A stretch of DNA of 64,000 nt, from the NCBI GenBank assembly GCA_944392985.1, contig CALXYL010000007.1, positions 15,989-79,988 on the forward strand, written 5' to 3'. Below the pieces are notes generated by a model. The model saw nothing but the letters and a program-made list of their open reading frames with translations. It was not told the origin of the DNA and made no database searches. Source of the DNA: an uncultured Spirochaetaceae bacterium. GTDB taxonomy: Bacteria > Spirochaetota > Spirochaetia > Sphaerochaetales > Sphaerochaetaceae. The position numbers and the translations under genes were made by a program. Position 1 is the stretch's first letter. Every line of letters begins with the position of its first letter. Shown piece by piece: positions 40,801 to 52,912 of the stretch.

Positions 40801-42256
40801 GATCAAGGAGGTTCGTCGTACTGAGCATCAGCGTCCAGCACTCCAGCTGTGCCGCCTGTGTGAGAGGCACATGGATAGCCATCTGGTCACCATCGAAGTC
40901 AGCATTGAATGCATGGCATACGAGAGGATGGAGCTTGAGCGCCTTTCCCTCGACAAGCACAGGTTCGAATGCCTGGATACCGAGGCGGTGGAGCGTAGGA
41001 GCCCTGTTGAGCATGACAGGATGCTCCTTGACGACTTCATCAAGGACTCCCCATACCTCAGGTGCCTCCTGCTCAACAAGCAGCTTGGCCCTCTTCACAT
41101 TCTGTGCAATCTCCTTCTGCTCCAGCTTGCGCATGATGAATGGCTTGAAGAGCTCAAGAGCCATCTTAGAAGGAACGCCGCACTGATGCATCCTCAGCTC
41201 AGGACCGACGACGATAACGGAACGGCCGGAGTAATCGACACGCTTTCCAAGGAGATTCTGCCTGAACCTGCCCTGCTTGCCCTTGAGGACATCGGAAAGC
41301 GACTTGAGATCCCTCTTGCTGCTGCCCTTCGTCGGATTCGGGGTCTTTGAGTTGTCGAAGAGGGAATCCACGGCTTCCTGGAGCATCCTCTTCTCATTGC
41401 GGATGATGATGTCTGGCGCCTGGATCTTGATGAGCCTGTCAAGACGGTTGTTCCTGTTGATGACCCTTCTGTATAGCTCATTGAGATCAGTCGTGGCGAA
41501 GCGTCCGCCATCAAGCTGCACCATCGGGCGCAGATCTGGCGGTATGACAGGGATGACCTTGAGGATCATCCATTCCGGCTTGTTGCCTGATGCAAGGAAC
41601 TCCTCGCAGTAGCGGATGCGGGAAAGGAGCTTGTTGTCGATCTTGTTGTTCGCCTCTTCCTTCTGTGAAAGCTGCTCCCTGAGCTCCGCTGAAAGGCTCT
41701 CCAGATCGAGATCCTTCAGCAGATCATAGATCGCCTCCGCGCCCATTCCTGCCTTGAATGTATCGCCATACTTATCGACAGCTGCATAATACTGATCCTC
41801 ATCGAGGACCTGGTACTTCCTCAGATCCGTCTCCTGGCCAGGATCGGTGACAACATACTTCTCATATGAGAGTATCTCCATCAGCTCCGAACGCTTGATG
41901 TCCAGAAGATAGCTCATGATGGACGGTGTCGAGCGATAGAACCAGATGTGGGCGACAGGGGCCGCAAGCGTGATGTGGCCGATGCGCTCACGGCGCACCT
42001 TCGTGTCGGTGACCTCAACGCCGCAGCGATCGCACACGACACCCTTGTACCTGTTGGACTTGAACTTTCCACACCAGCATTCCCAGGCCTTTGTCGTACC
42101 GAAGATCCTCTCGCAGAAGAGGCCGTCCCTCTCCGGGCGGAGAGAACGGTAATTGATGGTCTCAGGCTTCTTGACCTCACCATAGGACCATGCGAGGATC
42201 TGCTCAGGCGAAGCGAGCTTGATCCTGATTGAGCTGAAATCCTGTATTTCCTTCAT
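37847..42256 (-). CDS. rpoC: RNA polymerase beta-prime subunit
   Basis: 1469 aa. Zinc motif CWCGKFKSNRYKGVVCDRCGV. Catalytic NADFDGDQMAIH. Acidic C-terminal tail. Confidence 0.97.
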   Translation of the reverse strand: MKEIQDFSSIRIKLASPEQILAWSYGEVKKPETINYRSLRPERDGLFCERIFGTTKAWECWCGKFKSNRYKGVVCDRCGVEVTDTKVRRERIGHITLAAPVAHIWFYRSTPSIMSYLLDIKRSELMEILSYEKYVVTDPGQETDLRKYQVLDEDQYYAAVDKYGDTFKAGMGAEAIYDLLKDLDLESLSAELREQLSQKEEANNKIDNKLLSRIRYCEEFLASGNKPEWMILKVIPVIPPDLRPMVQLDGGRFATTDLNELYRRVINRNNRLDRLIKIQAPDIIIRNEKRMLQEAVDSLFDNSKTPNPTKGSSKRDLKSLSDVLKGKQGRFRQNLLGKRVDYSGRSVIVVGPELRMHQCGVPSKMALELFKPFIMRKLEQKEIAQNVKRAKLLVEQEAPEVWGVLDEVVKEHPVMLNRAPTLHRLGIQAFEPVLVEGKALKLHPLVCHAFNADFDGDQMAIHVPLTQAAQLECWTLMLSTTNLLDPANGKPIAFPSQDMVLGIFYLTKERTDLDPDRKIKHFDNVAEIEAAIDASSISYNEKIYYRFKKGLEIVDEKGVSQTADGKSWYATTPGRIIFNAAIPEGIPYQNYCLGDKQLRKVIGETIRNKKPSVAVELLDSVKDLGFKYATLFGATIGLSDMVVPEEKAGLIEDANEKQSVVFKQYHEGQITQEERYNRVIEVWTETNEELTDKLMDELKRSQHGFNPLYLMVESGARGSKNQIRQLGGMRGLMAKPNGKIIELPIKSNFKEGLSIMEFFISSNGARKGLTDTALKTAKAGYLTRKLVDVAQDVVVSEEDCHTINGIWVSAVKDGDAVVETLASRITGSCPVEDVLHPFLKDENGSPVVLARANEEISDDTAAAIEEAGVERVLLRTVLTCESEHGVCRKCYGRNLATNRPVEIGEAVGIIAAQSIGQPGTQLTMRTFHVGGTASTSTKENKLSFSYPTIVRGLKGLIIHNSQGSSLFPRKGHITISRVFEEITGQFDELLVNNGDAVGKGYPFYRKDGRDVAAGENGRLLQSADISGSGMRTFVVGPEAEYQVPAGSELLVSEGQVVQAGDAIIMFDPFSEPIIAEFSGVVEEMNDFVEDKSYRKIYNEAGDTEMIVVPSSHLGAFRPSVLVKQDNGELNQYQIPGGAYMVVKEKGERVEAGDIIAKVSKDSTTTKDIAGGLPQVDSLFEARHGKVSSSNKVNPIILARVTGTVVGVQAGAANGSTTTVTIRDAFGALHPHKVYTKDALLLVREGDEVKAGEPLCDEPVTSREVLEVLGENAVLSFLVNEIQKVYRMQGVEINEKHLGIIIRQMLRKVEVLRAGDTQFVKMQRVDKNLFDKVNAEMKKQGKTPAIARPVLQGVSEAALSVDSFISAASFLSTTRVLTNAAIAGKKDELRGLKENVIIGHLIPAGTGMKRYRGVHLDEDEKLLELQKEVDRARREQKAEAAFADDFDAEELGDMKTVGEPVDIDEGQEEE

Positions 42257-42269
42257 TCCGTCTTTCCTC

Positions 42270-45866
<3,597 letters not shown>

Positions 45867-45921
45867 TGTACCTCCATAGCACACTGGATAGCATTTTAGT
45901 TCTGCGCCAGCAGACGCCTAA

Positions 45922-45971
45922 GCCATCGGGGTTACCGATGGCATATCCCAGGCCCCGGAAAGGAGCCTGGG
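45922..45971 (-). promoter_or_regulatory. Two hairpins in the rplL-rpoB intergenic region (attenuator or processing-site candidate)
   Basis: Hairpin 1: CCCAGGC...GCCTGGG (45947-45971). Hairpin 2: GCCATCGG-loop-CCGATGGC (45922-45942). Neither has a U-tract. The position matches the classic rplL-rpoB attenuation and processing region. Confidence 0.35.
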
Positions 45972-45993
45972 GAAAGAATATTGAAGGCCTGTG

Positions 45994-46371
45994 TTATTTG
46001 ACTTCGATAACACAGCCAGCAGCTTCGAGCTTCTCCTTGATGGAAGCAGACTCTTCCTTGCTGACGCCTTCCTTGATGTTGCCGCCGTTCTCGCAGAGAT
46101 CCTTTGCCTCCTTGAGACCAAGACCTGTGACAGCCCTGACTTCCTTGATGCATGCGATCTTCTTTGCAGCATCCACGCTCTTGAGGACGACTGTGAACTC
46201 AGTCTGCTCCTCCTCTGCGGGAGCATCAGAAGCAGCACCAGCTGCAGGACCGGCAACAGCTGCCGCAGCAGCAACGACACCGAACTTCTCCTCCATCATC
46301 TTGATGAGGTCCGCAACGTCCATGACGCTCATCTGAGCGATGGATTCGAGGATTTCTTCCTTTGTAGCCAT
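45994..46371 (-). CDS. rplL: Ribosomal protein L7/L12
   Basis: Ala-rich hinge [15 protein letters not shown]-terminal domain reads [22 protein letters not shown]. Confidence 0.95.
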   Translation of the reverse strand: MATKEEILESIAQMSVMDVADLIKMMEEKFGVVAAAAAVAGPAAGAASDAPAEEEQTEFTVVLKSVDAAKKIACIKEVRAVTGLGLKEAKDLCENGGNIKEGVSKEESASIKEKLEAAGCVIEVK

Positions 46372-46428
46372 ATTATCTTCTCCTTATAAAACCACGGTCT
46401 AGCAGGTTACTTGAAGACTAGGACCGTA

Positions 46429-46962
46429 TTAGTTCGTTTCCTCAGAAGCAGCAGGGGCGCCACCCTTCGACTCGAGATAAGCGAGGAGCGTAGCAGCGAG
46501 CTTCTGTACAGGTGCCTTCATCGTACCCATAAGGGAAGCGATGAGTTCGAGCTTCGTCGGGAGCTTGGAAAGCGCCTCGACTTCCTCGGCAGAGAGGAAC
46601 TTCCCGTCAAGGAGAGCACCCTTGACCTGGACGTTCACACCATCCTTGTTTGCACTGAAGAGCACCTTAGCGACCGAATTGGCTGTATCTCCCTTGATGA
46701 GGGCAACAGCAGTAGGTCCCTTGAGCTGCTCATCAGCTCCGTTCTGATCAAGCTCCTTGAGAGCGATCTTCGCATAGCGGTTCTTGACAACACGGTATGC
46801 AGCCTCATCCTTCTTCAGGGCCTTCCTGATGTCGGTGATCTGCTGGACCGTCATGCCTCTGTAGTCCGTGAAGATGAATCCGCCGTAATCCTTGAATTCA
46901 TCCCTGAGGGCTGCGACCGCATCTTCCTTCGCAGGGGTTACACGTGTCTCATAATTCTCCAT
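46429..46962 (-). CDS. rplJ: Ribosomal protein L10
   Basis: FIFTDYRGMTVQQITDIRKALKK...YRVVKNRYAKIAL. Confidence 0.93.
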   Translation of the reverse strand: MENYETRVTPAKEDAVAALRDEFKDYGGFIFTDYRGMTVQQITDIRKALKKDEAAYRVVKNRYAKIALKELDQNGADEQLKGPTAVALIKGDTANSVAKVLFSANKDGVNVQVKGALLDGKFLSAEEVEALSKLPTKLELIASLMGTMKAPVQKLAATLLAYLESKGGAPAASEETN

Positions 46963-46974
46963 GTCGTCCCTCCA

Positions 46975-47673
46975 TTACACCGCCGCCGAAGCGTCTGCGG
47001 CATCCTTATAGTTAACGCGGATCCCAGGTCCCATCGTCGATGAGAGCGCAACGGATACGATGAAATCACCCTTCGCATCTGCAGGCTTCTTCCTCATGAT
47101 CTCCTGGATCGTCACACGAGCGTTCTCCGCAACCTTCTCAGGATCCATGTCGACCTTGCCGACTGCCATGTGGACAACACCCGTCTTGTCGGAACGGAAC
47201 TCAACACGGCCCCTTCCGAGCTCCTCAAGGGCTTCCTTGATATCATTCGTGACGGTGTGTGTCTTGGGGTTCGGCATGAGTCCCCTTCTTCCGAGGATAG
47301 GACCAAGCCTACCTACATCCTTCATCATGTCTGGGGTAGCGACAGCGATATCGAAATCCATCCAGCCGCCCCTGATCTTGTCGATGAGGTCTGTATCGCC
47401 GACATATGCAGCACCTGCAGCCTTTGCCTCTTCAGCCTTGTCACCCTTTGCGAAAACAAGGATCCTCTTCTGCGCCATGAACTGGTTCGGAAGGACAACG
47501 GTGTCCCTGACGGACTGGCTCTTCTTAAGGGAAAGCGCGACCGAAAGCTCTACAGTCTCTGTGAACTTCGCATATGCGCACTCCTTAGCAAGCTGAGCAG
47601 CCTCAAGGAGCGTATACTCCTTTGACCTGTCGATCTTCTTGAGCGCTTCCTGATATTTCTTTCCTCTCTTCAT
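46975..47673 (-). CDS. rplA: Ribosomal protein L1
   Basis: MKRGKKYQEALKKIDRSKEYTLLEA...GRLGPILGRRGLMPNPKTHTVT. Confidence 0.95.
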   Translation of the reverse strand: MKRGKKYQEALKKIDRSKEYTLLEAAQLAKECAYAKFTETVELSVALSLKKSQSVRDTVVLPNQFMAQKRILVFAKGDKAEEAKAAGAAYVGDTDLIDKIRGGWMDFDIAVATPDMMKDVGRLGPILGRRGLMPNPKTHTVTNDIKEALEELGRGRVEFRSDKTGVVHMAVGKVDMDPEKVAENARVTIQEIMRKKPADAKGDFIVSVALSSTMGPGIRVNYKDAADASAAV

Positions 47674-47674
47674 C

Positions 47675-48106
47675 TTACTTCTCCACCTCTACACCCATTG
47701 AACGGGCCGTGCCGGCGATGATCCTCTTTGCAGCATCGAGATCGTTTGCATTGAGGTCCTCCAGCTTCGTCTTGGCGATTTCCGTAAGCTGTGCATCGGT
47801 GATAGTGCCGACCTTTACCTTATTGGGCTGGCCGGAAGCTGTCTGGATGCCGAGTGCCTTCTTGATAAGGACAGCTGCAGGAGGTGTCTTGAGGATGAAA
47901 GAGAAGCTCTTATCCTGATAGACAGTGATGATAACAGGAAGGATGAGTCCAGGTTCATAACCCTTTGTCTTGTCATTGAACTGCTGGACGAACTGAGGGG
48001 CGCTGACGCCATGAGGTCCAAGTGCCGGTCCGATAGGAGGTGCCGGTGTGGCCTTCTGGGCAGGGCACTGCAGCTTGATGACGGCAGTAACCTTCTTCTT
48101 TGCCAT
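47675..48106 (-). CDS. rplK: Ribosomal protein L11
   Basis: [25 protein letters not shown]...[17 protein letters not shown]. Confidence 0.95.
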   Translation of the reverse strand: MAKKKVTAVIKLQCPAQKATPAPPIGPALGPHGVSAPQFVQQFNDKTKGYEPGLILPVIITVYQDKSFSFILKTPPAAVLIKKALGIQTASGQPNKVKVGTITDAQLTEIAKTKLEDLNANDLDAAKRIIAGTARSMGVEVEK

Positions 48107-48215
48107 TTCTTTTTCTCTCCTTACGCATGGAGCATCTGCTCCGCGCTGGTATTAACGCTCTTCAACGAAGAGCTCCCACCCCGACAAGCGGGGGAGAATA
48201 TTGCATTGCAATGTC

Positions 48216-48243
48216 AAAAAACGGTTCTGGTCAGACCAGAACC
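48216..48243 (-). terminator. Terminator overlapping the nusG stop codon
   Basis: Minus strand reads GGTTCTGG-TCTGA-CCAGAACC followed by GTTTTTT. The loop contains the nusG TGA. Confidence 0.6.
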
Positions 48244-48803
48244 TTCTCCACCTGGGAGAAATCAACCTCGACAGGAGTTGACCTGCCGAAGATCTGAACC
48301 GAGAGGCGAAGCCTTCCCTTGGCAGCATCGATATCGTCGATGGTACCATTGAAGGAAGCGAACGGACCGGAGATGACGCGCACCTCCTCGCCTTTCTCGA
48401 AATCCTGCTTGGGACGGAATACCTTCTCCTCCGGCATCTCACCTGTGCGGCGAAGGATATCAGTGTGCTCCCTCTGCGAAAGCGGCTTCGGGGGATTCTT
48501 TCCCGTCTTGTCCGCTGTAAGGAACCCGGTGACGCCAGGGATCCTCGCTATCTTCGCAGTAACCGTACGCCATGTGTTCTCAGGCAGATCCAGCTCCACG
48601 AGGATATAGCCGGGAAGGACCTTCTTGAGCTCGATCTTCTTCTCGCCCTTCTCGGTCACGACAGGAACCTGCTCCATCGGAACGCTCACGCCCGTGCAGT
48701 ATGCAGAGAACTCCGCATCCGAGGAGCGGAGCTTATTGATGATCCTCTCGATCTTCTGCTCGTAGCCTGAATATGTATGGACGACGTACCAGCCTCTGGC
48801 CAT
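48231..48803 (-). CDS. nusG: Transcription antitermination factor NusG
   Basis: WYVVHTYSGYEQKIERII...PGYILVELDL; KOW region GEEVRVISGPFASFNGTIDDID. Confidence 0.95.
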   Translation of the reverse strand: MARGWYVVHTYSGYEQKIERIINKLRSSDAEFSAYCTGVSVPMEQVPVVTEKGEKKIELKKVLPGYILVELDLPENTWRTVTAKIARIPGVTGFLTADKTGKNPPKPLSQREHTDILRRTGEMPEEKVFRPKQDFEKGEEVRVISGPFASFNGTIDDIDAAKGRLRLSVQIFGRSTPVEVDFSQVEKVLV

Positions 48804-48811
48804 TTCCTCTC

Positions 48812-48991
48812 CTAGAATATGAAGTCAAGGCAGAGACCGAGAACGGTATCCACAAGACCGAGAACGATAGCAAAGACTATCGTTGAGATAATGACAACCC
48901 AAGTCGAATGGATGACGACAGCCCTTGAAGGCCATGACACCTTCTTCATCTCGAGCCAGCATTCCTTGAAATATCTTGCGATCTTCTTCAT
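48812..48991 (-). CDS. secE: Preprotein translocase SecE
   Basis: MKKIARYFKECWLEMKKVSWPS plus one TM helix. The ATG at 48991 follows a GAGGA SD. The track start at 48997 is a TTG. Confidence 0.88.
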   Translation of the reverse strand: MKKIARYFKECWLEMKKVSWPSRAVVIHSTWVVIISTIVFAIVLGLVDTVLGLCLDFIF

Positions 48992-49020
48992 AGACAATCC
49001 TCTTTCTCTCGGAGTGCCAG

Positions 49021-49094
49021 CAGGCCAGGTAGGATTCGAACCTACAACACCCGGTTTTGGAGACCAGTGCTCTAGCCGTTGGAGCTACTGACCT
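49021..49094 (-). tRNA. tRNA-Trp (anticodon CCA)
   Basis: Hand-folded 74-nt cloverleaf. Acceptor AGGTCAG/CTGGCCT, D arm GCTC/GAGC, anticodon arm CTGGT-CTCCAAA-ACCGG, T arm GTAGG-TTCGAAT-CCTAC. The position between rpmG and secE is canonical. CCA is not encoded. Confidence 0.9.
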
Positions 49095-49119
49095 GCTCGC
49101 ACCCCGAAGGCGGCCGATC

Positions 49120-49299
49120 TTATTTGATCTTGGTCTCGCGATGCAGCGTGTGCTTATGCTCGAACGGGCAATACTTCATAAGCTCCAGCTTATTCGGTGT
49201 ATTGCGGCGGTTCTTCTGGGTCGTATAGTTCTTCTGCTTGCACTCCGTGCACTGGAGGGCGATCTTCTCTACAGGACCTTTCTTCTTTGAACTTGCCAT
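49120..49299 (-). CDS. rpmG: Ribosomal protein L33
   Basis: Hand translation gives [59 protein letters not shown] (59 aa). It is below the track cutoff. Confidence 0.92.
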   Translation of the reverse strand: MASSKKKGPVEKIALQCTECKQKNYTTQKNRRNTPNKLELMKYCPFEHKHTLHRETKIK

Positions 49300-49388
49300 G
49301 TTTATCTCCTCGGCATTGCCGTTTTATCTAGGGTAAGGGCATCGCCGAGGGACACTTCCCCCTCCGCATTGCCAGCTACCGTCGGTAC

Positions 49389-49417
49389 ATCTTAGCCAAT
49401 GGGGAGGGCTTCGTCAA
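49389..49417 (-). promoter_or_regulatory. Sigma70-like promoter for rpmG-tRNA-Trp-secE-nusG
   Basis: Minus strand reads TTGACG (49417-49412), a 17-nt spacer, then TAAGAT (49394-49389), about 85 nt before the rpmG ATG. Confidence 0.5.
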
Positions 49418-49549
49418 TAGATGCGGCGGTTAAAATGAAAATCAGAGGCAGAGGCATAGCTTTCCCTTCCATTCTCCGGGGAAATAATCCAATCTGGTAA
49501 CAGGCAGGAGAGCCAGCGACGGTCTCCTGGAACCATGGAGGTTGCCATA

Positions 49550-50713
49550 ATGCTCAGGATCTCGGAACTCACCTCATTCTGCCAGGAGCTTGTCGAAGCA
49601 GTATCGAACCTTCTCGGCGGAAGGACAATAAACATAATGGATCTCGACGGCACGATCATTGCCTCAACTGACAGATCACGGATATCAACGGTGCATACCG
49701 GCGCGAAGCATGTCGTTGCATCAGGGCACGATCTCGCGATCACAGCGGGCAATGTCAACAACTATCCGGGAGCAAAGGTCGGATACAACATGCCGCTTAC
49801 CTTCCATGGACAGATCATCGGGGCAATAGGGATATTCGGCATACCTGAACAGGTACAGGACCTGACGAAGCTGCTGAAGATCTACGCGGACAAGTATTTT
49901 GAGCTGCAGGGCAACATGGAGGCGAAGCTCGTCGATCTCTCGCTCCGGTCAAAGCTGTTCGGACTGCTGACAGCGGAGAATGCAGACAGGAAGAACATAG
50001 AGGATGCAATGGAGCTTCTGGATGTCTCCTTCATCTTCCCCGTCCAGTTCGTGAGGATACTGCAGAGGGCATCGCATCCGGAGGCGATACCGTTCGAGCA
50101 GATACTCTCATCCCTGTTCTCACGCGGGATCCTTGACCCGAAGCACGACTTCTGGAGCTTCGAGGCGGATTCCCTCTCGATAATCTGCAGCTCAAAGGTG
50201 AAGAGCTCCGACCTTATGGGAATCGATGAGATGGCAGGGTGCAGGATAATAATGCCCCACCCCGCTTCGGACTATGACTCGATCTGCGGGGCATCATCGG
50301 CTTCCCTCTGGATAAGCAAGCATATGGATGCAAAGATAGTTGACCTTTCGGATCCAATGACAAGGCTCAGTTACATGCTGTACTGGACCGCCTATTCCAA
50401 CAGTGACATCATCGACTCGTTCATAGATGAGATGAAGCGTTACCTTGATGAACGGAACCTCAGGAAATGCATGGATGCCGTACGGAGCTACTACAGCGCC
50501 GACATGAGCGTGACAGAAGCTGCGGCAGCACTGGGAATACACAAGAACACACTGCAGGCAAGGGTCAGGAGGGCGATGGAGGCGGCAGGCATCGAGGATT
50601 ATCCTATATCAGAGAAGATATATCTGATGCGTCTGATCCACATCAGGCTCCAGCTGCTATCAAACCAAGGGACATCTGAGGACGATGATACAAACCTCTT
50701 ACGTGTTCGATGA
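49550..50713 (+). CDS. cdaR: CdaR/PucR-type sugar-diacid regulator
   Basis: N-terminal diacid-recognition pattern: INIMDLDGTIIASTDRSRISTVHTGAKHVVASG. C-terminal HTH: EAAAALGIHKNTLQARVRR. The ATG at 49550 has a GGAGG SD. The in-frame ATG at 49535 is an alternative start. Confidence 0.8.
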   Translation: MLRISELTSFCQELVEAVSNLLGGRTINIMDLDGTIIASTDRSRISTVHTGAKHVVASGHDLAITAGNVNNYPGAKVGYNMPLTFHGQIIGAIGIFGIPEQVQDLTKLLKIYADKYFELQGNMEAKLVDLSLRSKLFGLLTAENADRKNIEDAMELLDVSFIFPVQFVRILQRASHPEAIPFEQILSSLFSRGILDPKHDFWSFEADSLSIICSSKVKSSDLMGIDEMAGCRIIMPHPASDYDSICGASSASLWISKHMDAKIVDLSDPMTRLSYMLYWTAYSNSDIIDSFIDEMKRYLDERNLRKCMDAVRSYYSADMSVTEAAAALGIHKNTLQARVRRAMEAAGIEDYPISEKIYLMRLIHIRLQLLSNQGTSEDDDTNLLRVR

Positions 50714-50818
50714 TACAGCGGCAAAGGATCCTTCAGGATCTTCAGCAAGAAATATACAATCATCTCGAAATTACCAATGTGAAAGCGGAATGATAATTGG
50801 ATCTTAATTTTCAAATCA

Positions 50819-51101
50819 TTATTTCAGCACAACCCAGGTTCCTTTCTTATCTGAACCTTCACGCACTATCTCACCGCTCTCTGTCATTTTGCTTATTGCC
50901 CTCGCAACGGTTGCACGGCTGAATCCAGATTTGTCTGCTATATATTGATATGTAGCAGTCGGAACAAGGCGCATGATATCCTTGACCTTTTTCTTTACTG
51001 GATAGCTTACAGTCTCATTTACAGTCTCGTTTACAGTGCCATTTACAGTGCCATTTACAGTGCCATCGTCTGTCTTTGCCTGATTCTTGGGAGCTTCTCA
51101 T
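50819..51101 (-). pseudogene. Decayed or frameshifted small winged-helix DNA-binding gene carrying a 12-bp tandem repeat
   Basis: The ATG at 51101 opens a 28-codon frame (MRSSQESGKDRRWHCKWHCK...) that stops inside the repeat. A second frame is open from 51097 to 50819. It reads ...DDGTVNGTVNGTVNETVNETVSYPVKKKVKDIMRLVPTATYQYIADKSGFSRATVARAISKMTESGEIVREGSDKKGTWVVLK, which is a wHTH. It has no start codon before the Met at 50974. Confidence 0.5.
51005..51064 (-). repeat. Five tandem 12-bp units (GGCACTGTAAAT x2, GGCACTGTAAAC, GAGACTGTAAAT, GAGACTGTAAGC)
   Basis: Read directly. On the + strand: gcttacagtctc atttacagtctc gtttacagtgcc atttacagtgcc atttacagtgcc. Confidence 0.9.
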
Positions 51102-51263
51102 TAGGAGATTCAGTAAACGGGAATGCCACACGGATGAAATGCTCTGGGATTCTGAATATCCTCATCAGTTACCTATTTCGTGGCATAGATGCACCTGAGA
51201 AGAAATCCTCCTCGCTCTGACCAAGGACAAATCCACTGTGCATTTCCGAGTGAAAAAAAAAAG

Positions 51264-51336
51264 AGCCCCCGCGCGGATTCGAACCGCGGACCTCAACCTT
51301 ACCATGGTTGCGCTCTACCGACTGAGCTACAAGGGC
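51264..51336 (-). tRNA. tRNA-Thr (anticodon GGT)
   Basis: Hand-folded 73-nt cloverleaf. Acceptor GCCCTTG/CGGGGGC (two G-U pairs), D arm GCTC/GAGC, anticodon arm CAACC-ATGGTAA-GGTTG, T arm CGCGG-TTCGAAT-CCGCG. A T10 run follows. Confidence 0.88.
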
Positions 51337-51441
51337 ATTGCATTGGCTACCATACCCAAACAATGCATCCGTGTCAATATTAACCCATGCATTCTTGTCT
51401 TATGGCGGCGGCTGCTTTATAGTCTCTTGTGGAGGATTCTG

Positions 51442-51780
51442 ATGCCAGAAGTACAGAATGTCTTTTATGGAAAGGATTATCCTGCAGGTCCTGCAGGAGA
51501 GGGAGTGACGAGGAAGATCCTTGCTCATTCAGATAAGCTGATGGTCTGCGAGATGCATTTCGCAACTGGTGCTGTCGGTGCTCCGCACAGCCATCCACAT
51601 GAGCAGATCTCATATGTGATCTCAGGCAAGTTCGAGTTCACCATCGGCGGGAAGAAGATCGTTGTCGGACCTGGCGATACAACCTACAAGGAGCCGAACG
51701 TCGTCCACGGCGCGGTCTGCCTTGAGGAAGGCGTCATGCTCGACATCTTCACACCGGAGAGGAAGGATTTCCTCGCCTGA
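51442..51780 (+). CDS. Cupin-domain protein (112 aa)
   Basis: The ATG at 51442 follows a GGAGG SD. Cupin motifs: GAPHSHPHEQISYVISG and PNVVHGAV. The track N-terminal extension would overlap tRNA-Thr. Confidence 0.8.
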   Translation: MPEVQNVFYGKDYPAGPAGEGVTRKILAHSDKLMVCEMHFATGAVGAPHSHPHEQISYVISGKFEFTIGGKKIVVGPGDTTYKEPNVVHGAVCLEEGVMLDIFTPERKDFLA

Positions 51781-51808
51781 CGGAGCGCCTCCCAGGAGGC
51801 GTTCTTCT

Positions 51809-52492
51809 TTACAGGAAAAGCATCGCTATGATGGCGGTGCTGATCCCGGAGAACGAAAGGGCTATACCGCTTATCGCCCCGATATCCTCACCCATCTCAA
51901 GCGCCTTTGATGTGCCTACGACATGGCTTGCGGTACCGATGGCGACTCCCTGGGCCACCCGGCTTCTCACATGGAAGAGACTGATCATGAATGGTGCCAG
52001 TATATTCCCCATTACACCCGTGAAGAGAAGCGAGGTCACAGTGATGGCCCTGGTACCGCCCAGCGTCTCGGAGATCGCAATCGCTATCGGTGTCGTGACG
52101 CTCTTAGGCAGAAGCGAAGCCCCCAGCTCGGGGCTCAGATGGAAAAGGCGTGAAAGCAGGAGTATCGTGACAATGGATGCGACGCTTCCAGCGACTGTAC
52201 CGGCGATGATCGGCATAATATGCTTTCCAACGAGTTTCCGCTCCCTGTAGATCGACCAGGCAAGCATCGCTGTCACAGGCCCAAGGAACATATTGATGAT
52301 CTCCCCGCCCTTGCTATATGCAGAAAACGGGATATGGAAGGCAAGAAGCACAGCGATTATGATGATCTCCGCGATCAGGAGAGGATTGAACACAGCCTTC
52401 CTCGTCCTTCTGCTGAGATACAGCCCGAAGCAGTATGCAAGTATCGTTATCGTCAGGCCGAACAATGGCGTTTCAGTGATTACAGCCCTCAT
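51809..52492 (-). CDS. lrgB: LrgB/CidB-family membrane protein
   Basis: 227 aa, polytopic. The pattern GLYLSRRTRKAVFNPLL...PKSVTTPIAIAISETLGG is typical of LrgB. Confidence 0.85.
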   Translation of the reverse strand: MRAVITETPLFGLTITILAYCFGLYLSRRTRKAVFNPLLIAEIIIIAVLLAFHIPFSAYSKGGEIINMFLGPVTAMLAWSIYRERKLVGKHIMPIIAGTVAGSVASIVTILLLSRLFHLSPELGASLLPKSVTTPIAIAISETLGGTRAITVTSLLFTGVMGNILAPFMISLFHVRSRVAQGVAIGTASHVVGTSKALEMGEDIGAISGIALSFSGISTAIIAMLFL

Positions 52493-52854
52493 TCCTCCCT
52501 CTCCTTGCCCATCATCAGGCGCTCTGTGATCTCAACAGCCTTCGCGGCTACGAGGAATGTAACGAAAAGCGATATCAATGAGATAAGCACTATAGAAAGC
52601 CATGAAGAACGCAGGAGCTCAAGGCTCTCAATGATCTCAACTCCTGCAGGAACGAAGAAAAGAGCCATATAACGGGAGAAGAATGAAGCGCTCTCGCTCA
52701 GCTGCTCCTCGCGGATGATGCCCGAAGCAAGAAGGACAAGGAGCAGGAAAAGCGCAATGAGAGTACCGGGGAATGTGAACGGCAGCACCGATGATACGGC
52801 ATTGCCTATGATGGTCAGCAGGAACAGAAGGGATAGCTGGAGAAGGATCCTCAT
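52489..52854 (-). CDS. lrgA: LrgA/CidA-family membrane protein
   Basis: 121 aa, 4 TM. LQLSLLFLLTIIGNAVSSVLPFTFPGTLIALFLLLVLL. It overlaps the lrgB start by 4 nt. Confidence 0.85.
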   Translation of the reverse strand: MRILLQLSLLFLLTIIGNAVSSVLPFTFPGTLIALFLLLVLLASGIIREEQLSESASFFSRYMALFFVPAGVEIIESLELLRSSWLSIVLISLISLFVTFLVAAKAVEITERLMMGKEREE

Positions 52855-52884
52855 GGGTGCGATGATAGCCTTTTGCGCTTAGCT

Positions 52885-52910
52885 GGAAAAGGGAGGCCGG
52901 AGCCTCCCTT
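52885..52910 (-). terminator. Rho-independent terminator between the glycerate kinase gene and lrgA
   Basis: Minus strand reads AAGGGAGGC-TCCG-GCCTCCCTT followed by TT. Confidence 0.6.
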
Positions 52911-52912
52911 CG

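Noticed and set aside
49414-49761. 115-aa minus-strand ORF overlapping the cdaR start
   Set aside because: It overlaps the well-supported cdaR N-terminal domain and the rpmG promoter region. No motif or SD.
51005-51064. 12-bp tandem repeat considered as a mini-CRISPR or iteron array
   Set aside because: The units are contiguous with no spacers and lie in frame within a coding remnant. No cas or rep genes are nearby.
50945-51220. + strand 91-aa ORF with an (IYSA)n repeat
   Set aside because: It is the antisense reading of the 12-bp tandem repeat. The minus strand gives a credible wHTH motif instead.
51238-51441. N-terminal 68 codons of the track ORF 51238-51780, and the minus ORF 51169-51363
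   Set aside because: Both run through the tRNA-Thr gene. The cupin gene has its own SD plus ATG at 51442.
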